A stretch of DNA of 20,000 bases from an uncultured virus (IMG/VR IMGVR_UViG_3300049581_000068) (taxonomy: Duplodnaviria > Heunggongvirae > Uroviricota > Caudoviricetes), in the IMG/VR virus record IMGVR_UViG_3300049581_000068; one strand, given 5' to 3'. The position numbers and the translations under genes are program-made. Within the stretch, counting starts at the first letter, position 1; each line of letters opens with the position of its first letter. Positions 8,306 to 16,261 of this stretch are shown one piece after another. Under the pieces are notes generated by a model that did no database searches, had not been told where the DNA came from, and worked only from the letters and a program-made list of their open reading frames with translations.

Positions 8306-8518
8306 ATGCACCTGCCGCATCGACACAGAGTCGAGCCGCAGCCTGCACCAGAGGTCATCGTCGAATACACCGTCCGCAACAGCGCCGGGGAATTGCTGGA
8401 ATGGCCGTGCGGCTGCCCACGCAGGTTCTATGCCTACGAGAGCGCCCTGCAGACCTGCCGAAGCGGTGATGTGGTGCTACGCCGCGTAGTACAGGCGACT
8501 CCCTGGTCACTGGCGTGA
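8306..8518 (+). CDS. Hypothetical protein (70 aa, WPCGCP motif)
   Basis: ATG 8306 after GAGGG; follows whiB on the same strand. Confidence 0.65.
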   Translation: MHLPHRHRVEPQPAPEVIVEYTVRNSAGELLEWPCGCPRRFYAYESALQTCRSGDVVLRRVVQATPWSLA

Positions 8519-8623
8519 AAACGCGCCGATTCGCGCAGCAGCGGCACTCCCCGAGCGAAAGTAAGGGGTAACCCTCGGTTCGCCGCGCTTCGACCCAAAG
8601 AAACAGCCAAGGAAAACGGTCGT

Positions 8624-8660
8624 TTGACGCGAATCAGCGCGTATGACAAAGATACATGGC
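8624..8660 (+). promoter_or_regulatory. Putative promoter for a leaderless transcript of the secreted peptidase
   Basis: TTGACG 8624-8629, 18 bp, AAAGAT 8648-8653, then ATG 7 nt later with no SD. Degenerate operator ATCA-N7-TGAC at 8633-8647 lies in the spacer. Confidence 0.45.
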
Positions 8661-9125
8661 ATGAAACGCAACGTCAATCGTATTGTCGCACTTATCCTCA
8701 CGGGATGGTTTCTCGCCGCTTCACTGATCACAGCGCAACGCGCGCAAGCACTTCCACTCGATCAAGTCGTCAACACGATTCGCGACTCCGGAGGACGCTA
8801 CGTGCGCGCCGGTGCCGCCCTCACGGGTGCTGATTGCAGCGGAATCGTCTCGGTCGCACAATCGCTGGCGATGGGAGTGCCGATTCATCGCTTCGGAAAC
8901 ACAACCTCACTGCTGAATGGTCAATGGCCGCACATGATCCGCGGCGCGGTGCCTGAAGATCGATTCGTCGTCGGCAGCAGCTCGACGCACATGGTTGTCC
9001 GTATCGACGGTGTCGGAATCGAAGCAACCACGTCCGGCCGACCCTATGTCATCGGCCCCGGCGCCAAGTCACCGTGGTCGATGCCGACGCAATGGCATCT
9101 CGATCCGAAAGTCATTCGGACATAA
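8661..9125 (+). CDS. Secreted NlpC/P60-like (papain-fold) cysteine peptidase, putative peptidoglycan endopeptidase
   Basis: Sec-type signal peptide (MKR..hydrophobic..AQA|LP), Y-x2-AG...GADCSG catalytic Cys motif, and THMVV...IEA His motif. Confidence 0.75.
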   Translation: MKRNVNRIVALILTGWFLAASLITAQRAQALPLDQVVNTIRDSGGRYVRAGAALTGADCSGIVSVAQSLAMGVPIHRFGNTTSLLNGQWPHMIRGAVPEDRFVVGSSSTHMVVRIDGVGIEATTSGRPYVIGPGAKSPWSMPTQWHLDPKVIRT

Positions 9126-9417
9126 GCCGGTCTGAGTATTCGCTTGCGCCACCGGGCGCAGGCTCTAAGACATGTCGATCTACGGCTTTCGCCAAACACC
9201 GCTCAGCAGGCCAATCGGGGGGAAACTCAAACGGGCCGTTAGTCGAGCACTGCGGCTCTTCCCAGCATCCGTTCCGGCACATCGCGCCGTCGATCCTGCC
9301 TGCCCAGTAGTAGGGACATGTCAGCATGGCGATGGTGTAGCCGCGGTCGTCGGCGGATTCAGCTTCATCGTTGAGCGGGTTTCCCCACTCGTCCCAAACA
9401 GGCCGACCAGCGGTCAT
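9112..9417 (-). CDS. Hypothetical Cys-rich acidic protein (101 aa)
   Basis: ATGA overlap; CPY...MCRNGCWEEPQC. Confidence 0.75.
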   Translation of the reverse strand: MTAGRPVWDEWGNPLNDEAESADDRGYTIAMLTCPYYWAGRIDGAMCRNGCWEEPQCSTNGPFEFPPDWPAERCLAKAVDRHVLEPAPGGASEYSDRLMSE

Positions 9418-9743
9418 TCTGAATGCAGCGTCTTGTTGGTGAGCGTTTCAACGTTCCCGGTGAGGGTGAGGATTCCATTGCCGCGGGTGTCGAGAATGGT
9501 GGGCTGCAATACCCATTCCTCGGAGCCGTAGTCGCACGACGGGCAGCCCGGCGTCAACCGGCGAACGAAGACGTGCCCTTCGCTACACCACCATCGACTC
9601 GTCAATGTGTTGATCTCGTGGGAATGCAGATTGCCGTCTTCGTCGTAGTAGTGCTGTGATCCGCCCATCGCGGTCGACACTGACGTGCCGTCCGTCTGGA
9701 AACGACTACGCAGGCTGAGCTTCACGCATTCGGGACACTTCAT
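9414..9743 (-). CDS. Hypothetical Zn-ribbon-like protein (109 aa)
   Basis: CPEC, CSEGH and CPSC motifs; ATGA overlaps on both sides. Confidence 0.8.
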   Translation of the reverse strand: MKCPECVKLSLRSRFQTDGTSVSTAMGGSQHYYDEDGNLHSHEINTLTSRWWCSEGHVFVRRLTPGCPSCDYGSEEWVLQPTILDTRGNGILTLTGNVETLTNKTLHSE

Positions 9744-10117
9744 CGGTATTCGATCTCCACGCGAACGCCGCTGGCGCGCAAGTGATCCAACACGCGGAAC
9801 GTCAACGCCCGATGCCAGCTCGCCGGCAGGTTGCGCGCGTTGACGAATTCCTCGTCGGTGCGATACGTGCGCAACGTGACCGGATCGTCGTCACCGATCT
9901 TGTCGATGATCTTGCGCATCTCTTCGACAGTCATGGCCTCGAGACGGTCCAGTTCCTCTGGCACTTGAGGATTGATGATCTCGCCGTCGAACCAGCGCAC
10001 AACGGTTCGCATCGTGACGCCGATACGGTCAGCGAACCACGACGGCGGCAGGCCCAACCCGCCCAGTCGAACCTTCAAAGCAGCGCCGGTAAGTGCCGGC
10101 TTCACCGGTGTGTCCAT
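9740..10117 (-). CDS. Aca2/YdiL (DUF1870)-like helix-turn-helix regulator
   Basis: N-terminal XRE-type HTH (LTGAALK..LGL..WFADRIGVTMRTVVRWFDG) followed by a LRTYRTDEEF...PASWHRA C-terminal domain. Size and layout match Aca2/DUF1870 proteins as I recall them; not searched. Confidence 0.75.
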   Translation of the reverse strand: MDTPVKPALTGAALKVRLGGLGLPPSWFADRIGVTMRTVVRWFDGEIINPQVPEELDRLEAMTVEEMRKIIDKIGDDDPVTLRTYRTDEEFVNARNLPASWHRALTFRVLDHLRASGVRVEIEYR

Positions 10118-10299
10118 CGGAACAGCCTATCGTCGTAGGGATCAAGAGCTTCGCCGCCATCGTCGGGATCGTCGAGACGGTTCAACCCGCGGACGTAATC
10201 GCGGTCTATCGATGCCCGAAGCAACTGCTGAGGCATCAGCGCAAAAGTTGCTTCCAGCAGCCCGCCGATCGCCCGCGCCGCGCGTTCAACGCAGTTCAC
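10102..10299 (-). CDS. Small hypothetical protein (65 aa)
   Basis: GTG start overlapping the upstream stop (GTGA); fills the gap. Confidence 0.6.
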   Translation of the reverse strand: MNCVERAARAIGGLLEATFALMPQQLLRASIDRDYVRGLNRLDDPDDGGEALDPYDDRLFRWTHR

Positions 10300-10535
10300 T
10301 TGTGGTCCCACGCCCCGAGCCAGCCTTTGAACTGCTTGGTGGTGCAATCGACCGATGGTCCCGCGTCGTCGACGACGTAGTGGTAAGAGGCTTCGGGAGG
10401 GAAGGCATGCTTCGGAACGCCATAGGTGCGACCATCGACGAATCCGTGACCGGGCACGAACATGCGGTCTAAATCGAGCTCACCCGGCGCTTTAGGGTCA
10501 GTCCAATTATCAAGTTCGACAGCGAGATCAATCAT
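10296..10535 (-). CDS. Hypothetical protein (79 aa)
   Basis: RBS GGAG; fits the operon tiling. Confidence 0.75.
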   Translation of the reverse strand: MIDLAVELDNWTDPKAPGELDLDRMFVPGHGFVDGRTYGVPKHAFPPEASYHYVVDDAGPSVDCTTKQFKGWLGAWDHK

Positions 10536-10692
10536 CGAGACTCCGCAGAGCTAGCCACTCGTCGACGGTGAAAGCGCGAGTTTCGCCGACTTCATCCCAT
10601 CCGCGAGTGCGGCGCCACTCGGCGTAGAGCAGGAACGCGCACATACCGAACAGCGCGGCGATCAAAAGGATGACGACTGCGGTGTTGATCAT
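10528..10692 (-). CDS. Small single-pass membrane protein (54 aa, MINTAVVILLIAALFGMCAFLLYAEWRR...)
   Basis: Manual translation; strong RBS GGGAAGGGA; N-terminal hydrophobic helix. Confidence 0.75.
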   Translation of the reverse strand: MINTAVVILLIAALFGMCAFLLYAEWRRTRGWDEVGETRAFTVDEWLALRSLDD

Positions 10693-10749
10693 GTGCTAAT
10701 TCCCTTCCCTCGGTGATGACATTACCATTGACTCAGTGCACGTCGTCAA
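10693..10749 (-). promoter_or_regulatory. Putative promoter of the operon carrying the Aca2-like gene, with a degenerate operator over the -10
   Basis: Minus strand TTGACG (10744-10749), 19 bp, extended TGg-TAATGT (10719-10724). GACA-TTACCAT-TGAC at 10718-10732. Confidence 0.55.
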
Positions 10750-10972
10750 GACTGCGTAGCGGACAGCAGTCGACGTCGTGCAAATAGACGTCGCCGGTCA
10801 AGGTGTAGTTGCAATACTTGATCGGAACGCTTTTCAGTCCGTCGCGGCTCTCGGGATGCTGCTCCCATTGCCGCAGCACCGCGCGATAGGCGTCCATGTT
10901 GAGTACATGGATCTTCTTTTCGTCGCTCTTGATTCTCACGTTGTCGAGAAAGCCACCGACACAGCGGGTCAT
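10733..10972 (-). CDS. Hypothetical protein (79 aa, MTRCVGGFLD...)
   Basis: ATGA overlap with the upstream small ORF; GAGG RBS. Confidence 0.7.
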   Translation of the reverse strand: MTRCVGGFLDNVRIKSDEKKIHVLNMDAYRAVLRQWEQHPESRDGLKSVPIKYCNYTLTGDVYLHDVDCCPLRSLDDVH

Positions 10973-11121
10973 GCCTCGGCCACCCACTGGACGTTGTGAT
11001 CGATGCCGTATAGACGTTGTGCGACAAGCTCGCGGGCTGCATCCTCATCCAAGGCGAGAACACTGACGTCCAAATCCTGGTCGGTTACGTGACACCTGAT
11101 GTTGTAATACCTCAACGCCAT
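10969..11121 (-). CDS. Small hypothetical protein (50 aa, MALRYYNIRCHVTDQDLDVSVLALDEDAARE...)
   Basis: Manual translation; RBS GAGGGG; ATGA overlap downstream. Confidence 0.7.
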   Translation of the reverse strand: MALRYYNIRCHVTDQDLDVSVLALDEDAARELVAQRLYGIDHNVQWVAEA

Positions 11122-11366
11122 TGCGGCCCCTCACCTTCTTTCATCGCTCCGACGAGCACCCATCCCTCCCGCTCGAATAGTCCGCGGCGCAGATCGCCCA
11201 GACAGTTGAACGGCGACCACGTGATCGACGCAGCCACATCGTCGACCGTCCACGCGCCGTAGCGCATGCGGTGCTCGCCGCGGTGCCGACTGAACAGGAA
11301 CAGGTTGACGAACCACCACCCGATACGTCGGGTGGTGGTCGTCTCCCTGTAGCGATGAGCAGCCAT
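11112..11366 (-). CDS. Hypothetical protein (84 aa)
   Basis: TGATG overlap with the upstream gene. Confidence 0.7.
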   Translation of the reverse strand: MAAHRYRETTTTRRIGWWFVNLFLFSRHRGEHRMRYGAWTVDDVAASITWSPFNCLGDLRRGLFEREGWVLVGAMKEGEGPQWR

Positions 11367-11740
11367 CAGCGCTTGGTGGCGCGCTTCCGAGCGGGGGCGC
11401 GCTTGCGCGGCGCAGCCTTTTTCGCCGGCCCGCGCTTCAGTGCGCTCGCCAGTTCCTCAACGTTGTCGGGGCCGGGGATGACGTTCTCGCTGGCTTCGCG
11501 CTCCCACCGCTCGAGAACTTCCGCGGCTGCCAGCGCCACCGATGGGTCGGGAACGCTCGCCAGCGCCGAGTAGATGTTTGCCTTTTCCAGTTGCTCACCG
11601 ATGATGATCATCTGCTGCTCACGCTGAGCGTCGGTGACGTCGCCCGTGCGCCCGGCCAGCGTGATCTCTTCGCGAAGCTGAGTCGCTGAATTGAGGCACT
11701 GCCACGCAGCCACCCACGCACTCACTCGTCCATCTGCCAT
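11366..11740 (-). CDS. Hypothetical protein with a Lys/Arg/Ala/Pro-rich histone-like tail (124 aa)
   Basis: RBS AGGA in an A/C-rich leader; C-terminus KRGPAKKAAPRKRAPARKRATKR. Confidence 0.8.
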   Translation of the reverse strand: MADGRVSAWVAAWQCLNSATQLREEITLAGRTGDVTDAQREQQMIIIGEQLEKANIYSALASVPDPSVALAAAEVLERWEREASENVIPGPDNVEELASALKRGPAKKAAPRKRAPARKRATKR

Positions 11741-11772
11741 GTTGTTTTTTCCTATCTTGTTGGGGTTGTTAC

Positions 11773-12009
11773 TTATTCGGGGGGTCGCGGCTCGGTCATT
11801 TTTTTATTGGTGACCGTTTGCGCTTGCGCGTTCTGGGGGAAACGCACGGCGAGCATATCGCTGAAGCGTTGCCCGACGCGCTCGACCATCCGCTGCAACG
11901 CGGCTGGCGCCTCGCTGGGGGTGAAGCCCTCCACGGATTCGAGGTTGTCGCAAATCACCACCCCCTGATACTTGATCTGGATGGCGACTTGGATGCTGTC
12001 GGCGTTCAT
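11773..12009 (-). CDS. Hypothetical protein (78 aa, MNADSIQV...)
   Basis: RBS GAAGGA; ATGA overlap. Confidence 0.75.
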   Translation of the reverse strand: MNADSIQVAIQIKYQGVVICDNLESVEGFTPSEAPAALQRMVERVGQRFSDMLAVRFPQNAQAQTVTNKKMTEPRPPE

Positions 12010-12260
12010 TGATCCTTCCTTCGTGCGTTTTTCTCCAACCAGAACCCTTCCATCCTGATCGCGCCACAAGCGCAGCGTTCAAGAAAATTGAAATACCCGT
12101 AGACGCCGCGGGTTTGCGTACGGCAAAGATGCAAGCGCGGCGGCAGTGGTGCATCATGCCAAGGCACGCTGCCGCGGTGTTGCAGCTCGGTCGAGCCATC
12201 TTCGGATTGATAGCCGACAATGAATTCCGCCGCTGGCGGTCTACCCAATAGCCGTAGCAT
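12006..12260 (-). CDS. Hypothetical protein (84 aa; WHDAPLPPRLHLC...ERCACGA)
   Basis: TGATG overlap with the upstream stop; His/Cys motif. Confidence 0.75.
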   Translation of the reverse strand: MLRLLGRPPAAEFIVGYQSEDGSTELQHRGSVPWHDAPLPPRLHLCRTQTRGVYGYFNFLERCACGAIRMEGFWLEKNARRKDQ

Positions 12261-12844
12261 CAGAAGCCTCGCCCGAGCACGTCGGCAATGCGCTTGCTGA
12301 CGAGATTGGTTGCGGCCTCTTTGATTTGCTTGGCCGCCTCGGACAGGCGTTTGGACATTTCCTTGTCGATCACCGAATTGGCTGTCTGTTCGGCACGCCA
12401 CTGTAGATACGTCTGGCTGGTCCCGTAGCCGTCGCGCGCGCGCTTGCCATCCCGGTCGACCTTTTGGTCCAACCGGTCGGTCATAGCCTTGATCATGGCT
12501 TCGCGCATGGACATTTCCGGAGACTTCGGCTCACCGTAGGTCGACGTCAGCCGAACCGGTTGCGCCATCACTTCATCGATGAGCGCATCGACTTTTTCTA
12601 GCGCCCCAGCGCGCACCGCGGACACAACCTCCGCACGTACATCATCCTGAATGGCGGTAGCCAGCTTCGCCGCTACCAAATCGACGATGCGGCCGTTGCC
12701 ACCGGGTGCGTAGTCGAGCTCGGGGTCGTCGTGACTACCGGCGTTGTATGCGGTCCAGCCCAATTCCGATCTGAGAAGCTGATCGACGTCGATGGAGATG
12801 GTGATGGGCACATGCGCTTCCACCTGCTCGGATTCAGTCATCAC
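12260..12844 (-). CDS. Hypothetical phage protein (194 aa, helical)
   Basis: Long ORF tiling the operon; GTGA overlap. Confidence 0.85.
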   Translation of the reverse strand: MMTESEQVEAHVPITISIDVDQLLRSELGWTAYNAGSHDDPELDYAPGGNGRIVDLVAAKLATAIQDDVRAEVVSAVRAGALEKVDALIDEVMAQPVRLTSTYGEPKSPEMSMREAMIKAMTDRLDQKVDRDGKRARDGYGTSQTYLQWRAEQTANSVIDKEMSKRLSEAAKQIKEAATNLVSKRIADVLGRGF

Positions 12845-13224
12845 TCAATCCCGTATTCGCGCTTTTTGTCGATTCCGTATTCGATGATCGTGCTGACCAT
12901 CTTGTTGCGGAATTCGTTGTCCACGTAGGGGTCCGGTAGGCCGGCGAGCATGGTGCCGATGGCGCCGACGATTTTTTGGTAGTGCTCGGATTCGCGGACC
13001 AGTTGCTCGACGGTTTCGTTGGCGATGCGTCGCACCGCCTCGTCGAACGCCACTTGCAGCGGCGTGCGTCTGTCGTAGCTGTAGCGGTCACCGGCCGGCT
13101 TGGTCATAAGGAACTGCAGCGCCGCGGTGATGATCGTCTCGCGTGACTCTGCCGACAACTTTTCCACGATGGCGTGGCCCAGCACGGCAGCCAGCTCACC
13201 CTCGGGAATCTTGATCTCTGTCAA
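12841..13224 (-). CDS. Hypothetical phage protein (127 aa, helical)
   Basis: TTG start after GAGAGGA RBS. Confidence 0.8.
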   Translation of the reverse strand: MTEIKIPEGELAAVLGHAIVEKLSAESRETIITAALQFLMTKPAGDRYSYDRRTPLQVAFDEAVRRIANETVEQLVRESEHYQKIVGAIGTMLAGLPDPYVDNEFRNKMVSTIIEYGIDKKREYGIE

Positions 13225-13236
13225 CGGTTTTTCCTC

Positions 13237-13461
13237 TCAGTAGAAGATGGTTATTTTTTCCAGCGGAACCTGGACGGTGGGGTTTCGCAAGGCGATCAGG
13301 GTTGTTTGCGCATAGTTCGCGACCTTCATCATCCACGCGCCCAGGATCAGTGCAGCGCGGTTGTCGAGATGCTCGCCGTTGGCGACCATCCACCGGGCAA
13401 CCTTGTCCATCTGCATGATGATGCCGATGGCCTGAACGTAGTACGCCGCAATGGGATTCAC
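13237..13461 (-). CDS. Hypothetical protein (74 aa)
   Basis: GTGA overlap with the upstream gene. Confidence 0.7.
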   Translation of the reverse strand: MNPIAAYYVQAIGIIMQMDKVARWMVANGEHLDNRAALILGAWMMKVANYAQTTLIALRNPTVQVPLEKITIFY

Positions 13462-13733
13462 CTGTGGCTCAGTCCATGATTGACAAGCCGATGCACGGCT
13501 TCGGTCAATGAGCAGTCGAACGCCTTGGCGTAGTCGCGGATCTCGGCCTCACGCGCCCAACCGGCAATGAGTTTGTCGGCGGGATCGTAAACCTCAAGAT
13601 GGTCGACGTCGAATGCGATTGGCTCCGGCGTCTCCGGTAGGTCGATGTCGACGGTGGCGAACAGCGCCCGAACCGTGCCAATGCGACCCCGATGCCCTCC
13701 GGCTTTCACTCGTACCTGCGTGCCCTTTTTCAT
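13458..13733 (-). CDS. Hypothetical protein with an N-terminal KOW/SH3-like motif (91 aa)
   Basis: MKKGTQVRVKAGGHRGRIGTV matches the KOW pattern; TGATG overlap; GAGG RBS. Confidence 0.7.
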   Translation of the reverse strand: MKKGTQVRVKAGGHRGRIGTVRALFATVDIDLPETPEPIAFDVDHLEVYDPADKLIAGWAREAEIRDYAKAFDCSLTEAVHRLVNHGLSHR

Positions 13734-14044
13734 CAGATCGCCTCGTTCAGTTGCGGCCGGTTGGCGTCGACCCACGCCTTGAATACCGGCAGATAGTCCG
13801 GACACATGACGACGATGCCGCGGATCATGGAGTCGGCTATGTACTCGACGTCGACGCCTTGGCGTATCGCTTCGCGCGCGATCATGTCCAACGACCAGCC
13901 AGCGTCGAGCTCGCGGCAGACGATGGCGGCATCGTGCATGGCGTCGAGCTCCGGTGAGGCATGTGCCTGCGGTGCGTGCGTCACCATGAACAGTGTTGTC
14001 AAGATGATTGCCGCGTCGATCATGCGCCGTTGCCAGCGCATCAT
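13733..14044 (-). CDS. Secreted DUF732-like protein
   Basis: Signal peptide ending APQAHA|SP, with VC..LD.G ... MCP Cys pair typical of mycobacterial DUF732. Confidence 0.7.
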   Translation of the reverse strand: MMRWQRRMIDAAIILTTLFMVTHAPQAHASPELDAMHDAAIVCRELDAGWSLDMIAREAIRQGVDVEYIADSMIRGIVVMCPDYLPVFKAWVDANRPQLNEAI

Positions 14045-14358
14045 GCGACGCCATCCAGCCCGACGTCGATCAGCAGACGCCCGACAGCCGCGGAAAGTTC
14101 AGCAGCCTCGGCGGCGCCGGCCTCGGGAAAATCGTCAGGGTCGGCAGCCTGCTCATAAGCGACGTGCAGCGGCACCAATTCCTTGAGGCGCTCGTTGAGC
14201 GCGACGAGAAGATCGTCGGCCTTGCTGACCGTTTCGATATGCAGGTCTAGCACGTTGAACACGTCGGCCACCGACCCCGGCAGGCGCCGCTGCATGACGC
14301 CCAACAGCCTCGTACGGTGCTCGGTCCACGCATCGCGGGCTTTTTCCAAATCGGTCAT
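14041..14358 (-). CDS. Hypothetical protein (105 aa)
   Basis: RBS AAAGGA; ATGA overlaps. Confidence 0.8.
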   Translation of the reverse strand: MTDLEKARDAWTEHRTRLLGVMQRRLPGSVADVFNVLDLHIETVSKADDLLVALNERLKELVPLHVAYEQAADPDDFPEAGAAEAAELSAAVGRLLIDVGLDGVA

Positions 14359-14810
14359 ACCGTCATCCTTTCAGTATTGAGTGCGTCGGCCTGCTCTTTG
14401 GCGGCGCGCATCGATAGGTGGCTACTGACAACGTGATCGTGGTTGATGTCAGCAACAACGTAGCAAAGGTAATTCGACGTCGTGCCAGTGAATTTGAGCT
14501 CTATAGCCCGGTCGCGCATCATGGGACGGTAGTCGCGGAACTTTGGTTGAGCTTCACCGGCGCAGAGTTTGTCGCCACAATCGTGAATCAGTTTTGCGGC
14601 TTTTTCCCGTGCCGTAGCGAGATCGCGAGTGCCGAGTGATATGCCAAATGGCTTGGGCGGCACGTCTTCACGACGATGCAAACGCCATTCTGCGTTGACA
14701 GCGCCATATTCGCGACTTAGCCAGCCGAGAACACGCCCGTGCTGATCGATCGCTTTGGTAGTCTGCGTGTTCATTCGCAGACTTGTGCCGATGCGCGTCC
14801 AGCGGATCAT
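14355..14810 (-). CDS. Hypothetical protein (about 151 aa)
   Basis: ATG 14810 overlaps the upstream stop (ATGA). Confidence 0.7.
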   Translation of the reverse strand: MIRWTRIGTSLRMNTQTTKAIDQHGRVLGWLSREYGAVNAEWRLHRREDVPPKPFGISLGTRDLATAREKAAKLIHDCGDKLCAGEAQPKFRDYRPMMRDRAIELKFTGTTSNYLCYVVADINHDHVVSSHLSMRAAKEQADALNTERMTV

Positions 14811-14977
14811 CGCACAACCCCAATCGTCAATTGAGCTTCCAGATTGTCGATCTCGCACTGTTTTTCGGCGATCAGCGTGTCAACCTTGGCGCGGCGCTCG
14901 GCTTCCAACGCGATGCGCTGCTCTTGCTGCTGCCGCGCGGTCGCCAGCCGGCGCCGGATGAATAGTTGCTGATTCAT
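14807..14977 (-). CDS. Small coiled-coil protein (56 aa, MNQQLFIRRRLATARQQQEQR...)
   Basis: Manual translation; ATGA overlaps at both ends. Confidence 0.7.
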   Translation of the reverse strand: MNQQLFIRRRLATARQQQEQRIALEAERRAKVDTLIAEKQCEIDNLEAQLTIGVVR

Positions 14978-15114
14978 GCGCGATCACCAGGCGCGTCGAG
15001 ATGAACGCTGCACGGCCATTCAGGATGAACGTGCCATTGACCGGACAGCGAGCAGGACGTGGCCGGATCATCGGCGCAGGAGAACACGCACTCGCACTCG
15101 ACGACGGCGGTCAT
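14974..15114 (-). CDS. Small Cys/His-rich protein (46 aa, MTAVVECECVFSCADDPATSCSLSGQWHVHPEWPCSVH...)
   Basis: Manual translation; ATGA overlaps at both ends. Confidence 0.7.
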   Translation of the reverse strand: MTAVVECECVFSCADDPATSCSLSGQWHVHPEWPCSVHLDAPGDRA

Positions 15115-15410
15115 CGGCGTGCCTGCCGTTCGCACTTGCGCAGCAGTCGTAGCTTCTGCTCGGCGTCGAGCGCGTAGCGCAGCACGTCCGGTACTGCGCC
15201 GCCGATTTCATCGCGTGCGCGTTGGGCCTGAGCCTTGCCGTGCTGCTCGTCGGTCCACTCCGTCGAGCGCACTACCGCCATGATGACGTCCAGCGCGGCG
15301 TGCGTGGGCTGCAACCCGTTCTCGTCCATCAGTGCCACCGCGACGCGCTCGCGAATGTCCAGCTCTGCGAACGCGATGCGTGCGTTTTCGTCGTCGTGCC
15401 AGCCGCTCAT
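15111..15410 (-). CDS. Hypothetical protein (99 aa, MSGWHDDENAR...)
   Basis: ATGA overlap; RBS AAGGTGG. Confidence 0.75.
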   Translation of the reverse strand: MSGWHDDENARIAFAELDIRERVAVALMDENGLQPTHAALDVIMAVVRSTEWTDEQHGKAQAQRARDEIGGAVPDVLRYALDAEQKLRLLRKCERQARR

Positions 15411-15682
15411 GCGTTCACCACCTTCGCGGTCCAGTCGTCGGTATCCAAGTCGTCCATGTTCGGGTCGCCGGCATCGGCCACTAGCGCCTCGTAGACACTG
15501 TTGATCTGTTGCTCGTTGGCAATGTCGACAATCTTTTGCGCCAGCTCGGCATCGGAGAGATTGGCGACGGCCTCGGCGTTGAACAGGCCGGTGGACGTGA
15601 GCAACTGTGTGGCGTCCTCGCGCGTCCACTCGCTGACGAACGCCACCGTAGCGGTCTGCACGAAGCGAAGAACGGTGCTCAC
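15407..15682 (-). CDS. Acidic hypothetical protein (91 aa)
   Basis: GTGA overlap; RBS GAGGGG; strongly Asp/Glu-rich C-terminus. Confidence 0.75.
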   Translation of the reverse strand: MSTVLRFVQTATVAFVSEWTREDATQLLTSTGLFNAEAVANLSDAELAQKIVDIANEQQINSVYEALVADAGDPNMDDLDTDDWTAKVVNA

Positions 15683-15999
15683 AACAACCCCTCGACGCAC
15701 TCGACGGCGGCGCGCTTGGTGCGGAAGCGCAGAATGCCGACGCTCTCGGCCCACAGGTAACTGACGTCGGCGTCGGCCACGCCGAACACGGCGATCTTGT
15801 ACTCGCGTGCCGAATCGTCGTAGTTGCGTGTCGATTCGACCCACAGGCGCCGATTGTCGCCGGCGTAGTAGACGCGAGTCTCGACGCGCGCCGCGAACGC
15901 CTTGATCGTGTCCGGCGAGAACCAGAAACGGCCAGCGGCGGCGTTGGCTTTTTTGATTTCCGCGACGTTGGTGAACCGCGGCTTGGTATCGGTGGTCAT
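15679..15999 (-). CDS. Hypothetical phage protein (106 aa; EIKKAN...G.FWFSPDT..F motif)
   Basis: First gene after the promoter module; RBS AGGGGA; start ATG 15999. Confidence 0.85.
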   Translation of the reverse strand: MTTDTKPRFTNVAEIKKANAAAGRFWFSPDTIKAFAARVETRVYYAGDNRRLWVESTRNYDDSAREYKIAVFGVADADVSYLWAESVGILRFRTKRAAVECVEGLL

Positions 16000-16072
16000 G
16001 CAATCCCCTACTTTCGGTTGGTTGGCTGTCCCAATGTATGTCATGGCTGGCTACCTGTCAATAGTTATGACG
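16000..16072 (-). promoter_or_regulatory. Operator/promoter/leader module copy
   Basis: GTCAATAGTTATGAC 16057-16071. TTGACA, 17 bp, TACATT (16033-16038). Leader CAACCGAAAGTAGGGGAT. Confidence 0.85.
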
Positions 16073-16261
16073 CTCGCCCGGTAGCACCCCTGCCGGCGCG
16101 TTGTAGCGCGCCTCAAATTCGTCGTAGACGTCGGGAAACGCCGCGCGCAGGCGAGCCATGTTGGCGGTGTCGGCCTTGCGCATCGCAGCCATGATGAGCG
16201 CGTAGAACGGCGGATCGCTGTCGCTGATCTCCCGGCTTGCCCGGTAGTCGAACAGGCTCAC
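16058..16261 (-). CDS. Hypothetical protein (67 aa; FYALIMAAMRKADTANMARLRAAFP)
   Basis: GTGA overlap; the stop codon lies inside the downstream operator. Confidence 0.8.
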   Translation of the reverse strand: MSLFDYRASREISDSDPPFYALIMAAMRKADTANMARLRAAFPDVYDEFEARYNAPAGVLPGERHNY

